Shown in pieces: positions 61,740 through 64,000 of a stretch of 64,000 bases of DNA; position 1 is the stretch's first letter, and each line of letters begins with the position of its first letter. The notes beneath the pieces were generated by a model. That model had not been told where the DNA came from. It saw only the letters and a program-made list of their open reading frames with translations, and did no database searches. The translations under genes and the position numbers were made by a program. This DNA is from Laetmonice hystrix (Eukaryota), in assembly GCA_965235115.1 (NCBI GenBank), contig OZ249436.1, positions 46,564,001-46,628,000 on the forward strand, written 5' to 3'.

Positions 61740-63221
61740 CTGGAACAGTAAACACCCGAGTCTGTGAGCAGCTCTGACTGACGTGCCCAGGACTACCAGT
61801 AGGTGGCGCACATTGAGTATCCGTACTGACCAACAGCAAACCCGTGTTTTATAACTAACTCTGATATGAAGATGAGAAATTTTGATACATACTAAATTTA
61901 AGCTAACCACTTGTCGTCACTAAACACTATTCTTTTACTCTATCTAATGATGGCCAAACTATGACCTAATGTACTCCCATACTTTCCCTCAAGCCGGTAT
62001 GTTGGTCACCCCAATTAAACTTGTACTGCCATACAATTTCTACATGCTATAATTAGACAACAGTTATACTGTCTTATATTTCAAGATTTCTGGAAGGAAA
62101 GTTTTCTGAAAACAAATGACTTTTTAAGGCGCACCAAATTTTAAGTACATTTTGAGGAGATGAATGCACGTGTGATCGTCACATTCATTTATACTCTGTG
62201 CGTGATAATCTTATTTTCGATAGATGTCCCTGGGAGGGAGTCGCAGTTTTTCTCTTCCACCTGTCAGACATTCTGGAGTCATCAATTGTCATCCGTTGTC
62301 AGTAGGCCAGTGGGTGGCACAATGGTCCAGTAATATATCTGTTGTCTCAAGGTATCCAGACATACTGATTTCCACAATCCACAACTTCCAAAAATCTGTT
62401 GAAACTGATAGCAGTCTATAAAAACAGGACTGTCAGAACACATGTGAACAAATGAAATGATTGATTGATTCTTTATTACATGGGAGTAAGTCGTTCTCGG
62501 AAATTATCTCTACACTTAGGACATGGATCCGCCAAGGCACTTTCTTCTACTACTGACTACTGTTGGCCAAACACTTGGAATGGCTTTTACCAAACATGTG
62601 GACTAACAATTTGTCAGTAGACATTTGTTGCTATACACAGGAGCATAATGCTATAATATACTGCTACACACAGTATACAAAGTAGTATTTCTGATCAGGG
62701 ATGAGAAAAATGCAGAAAACCGTCCACAGAAACCAGACACACAAAAAATGCTCATCTACAGCATAAAAACTGAAAACCTGACTAATCAGTAAAACAATCT
62801 AATCCCTTCTAACCGATTGCAAATCTCTCATTTCACCAACATATTAAATCCCATATACACAGACTCTTGTCTGTTTCTTAACAATAACTGAACCAAATAC
62901 ATACATCATTAGCAGTCTCAATATGGTTTTCGACAATATAGAAATAAAACATCTGTTTAAACATTAACACTTGTAATGAGTCTATGTTATTGTAGTCACT
63001 GAGATTTTCCTACAAGAGCTAAGCAAAAATGTTTCAAAAAAGTTTTTTGGGTGGGGGGGGGCAGTCGTCTCTAAAATAAAATTATGTATATTTTCCAAAC
63101 CTAACTAATTCTCAAGATCTCAGACTAGTCCTTCCGTAAGTAATTTTCATATGATTGAGTGATGCACAATCAAACAACCTATAACAAAGAGTTGCCCAAT
63201 TACACGTACGTTCGGAGATCA

Positions 63222-63490
63222 TGCTATCATCAGGATAAGTCAAGGTAATGGTACTAGTAGGCCTACCCGACAGCTATCATCAGTCTAAGTCAACGTAATG
63301 GTACTAGTAACTGATGGCTATCATCACCATAAGTCAATGTAATGGTACTAGTACCCAATGGCTATCATCAGGATAAGTCATGGTAATGGTACTAGTACCC
63401 GAAGGACTATCATAAGTCTGAGTCAAGGTAGCGGTACTAGTACCCGATGGCTATTATCAGGATATGTCAAGGTAATGCCAGTAGTCCTGG
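63222..63490. repeat. 44-bp minisatellite (~6 copies) downstream of the V14 stop
   Basis: gtactagta recurs at 63301, 63345, 63389. Confidence 0.92.
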
Positions 63491-63522
63491 TATTTGATTC
63501 ATCAGTATAAGTCCAGGTAACA

Positions 63523-64000
63523 CTAGTAGTACTCGATGGTGGATGACACCCCTGAGGCAGCTAGGTGAACATTCAGGTTCATCAACATAGTCTCGTATTG
63601 TTTGTCCTGGTACACGATCTGTGTCAGAGCTGGTCTGTTCTCCATATGTTCCTCTGTAAACCTTGCCAAGGTCTTCCACTCCACAAATTTCCCACTCCAT
63701 GAATCCTTCATAACAATGAACAAGGCCTTCTGCAGGGCAGCATTGTCTGAACCACTTGCCAGTAGCTTCACCTCTGCGTTGTATTGGTTTGCATGCACTT
63801 GGACCATTAGGTTCCGCATCATGTCAGGAAAGAAACCATCTTTCATGACCACCCAATAGGCCAGAGCTGGATATATAGATGTCTCTTTATTTGAATTTTT
63901 GTTGTGGGCTGTTCTCGTCGCAGTAACAGTCGAAAGAAAGAAGCTGATGGTGTCTAGGGTTTTTAAGACATTGTTCATATTTGTATGAAAAGAAGTCATT
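63523..64000 (-). CDS. Cassette V14 (5' part beyond the window edge)
   Basis: Open frame homologous to V8-V13, ending VSSTIEYY*. Confidence 0.9.
   Translation of the reverse strand, partial: MTSFHTNMNNVLKTLDTISFFLSTVTATRTAHNKNSNKETSIYPALAYWVVMKDGFFPDMMRNLMVQVHANQYNAEVKLLASGSDNAALQKALFIVMKDSWSGKFVEWKTLARFTEEHMENRPALTQIVYQDKQYETMLMNLNVHLAASGVSSTIEYY

Overview
Eukaryotic animal genomic DNA, probably a marine lophotrochozoan (inferred from the H2B N-terminal tail and the repeat content). The window has three zones. (1) 1-21832 is a tandem satellite of ~25.5 monomers of ~853-861 bp with higher-order structure; all ORFs called there look spurious. (2) ~21.9-27 kb is a junction zone with a frameshifted histone H2B orphon (octamer/TATA promoter and 3' stem-loop still present) and MITEs. 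(3) 27011-64000 is a minus-strand array of 14 paralogous ~640-700 bp cassettes (V1-V14; V14 is cut by the window edge) encoding a ~215-235 aa domain I do not recognise. The array also holds one intact C2H2/C2HC zinc-finger cassette and several decayed zinc-finger cassettes. All 13 complete V cassettes and the intact ZF cassette start right after a YAG splice acceptor in phase 0 and end in their own stop codon. The best reading is one gene with many mutually exclusive 3'-terminal exons (lola/mod(mdg4)-like logic), with the shared 5' exons lying beyond the right edge. The new domain may be a catalytically dead HUH/Rep fold (inference) and appears to be expanding while zinc-finger exons decay. 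Nothing here was checked against databases or transcripts.
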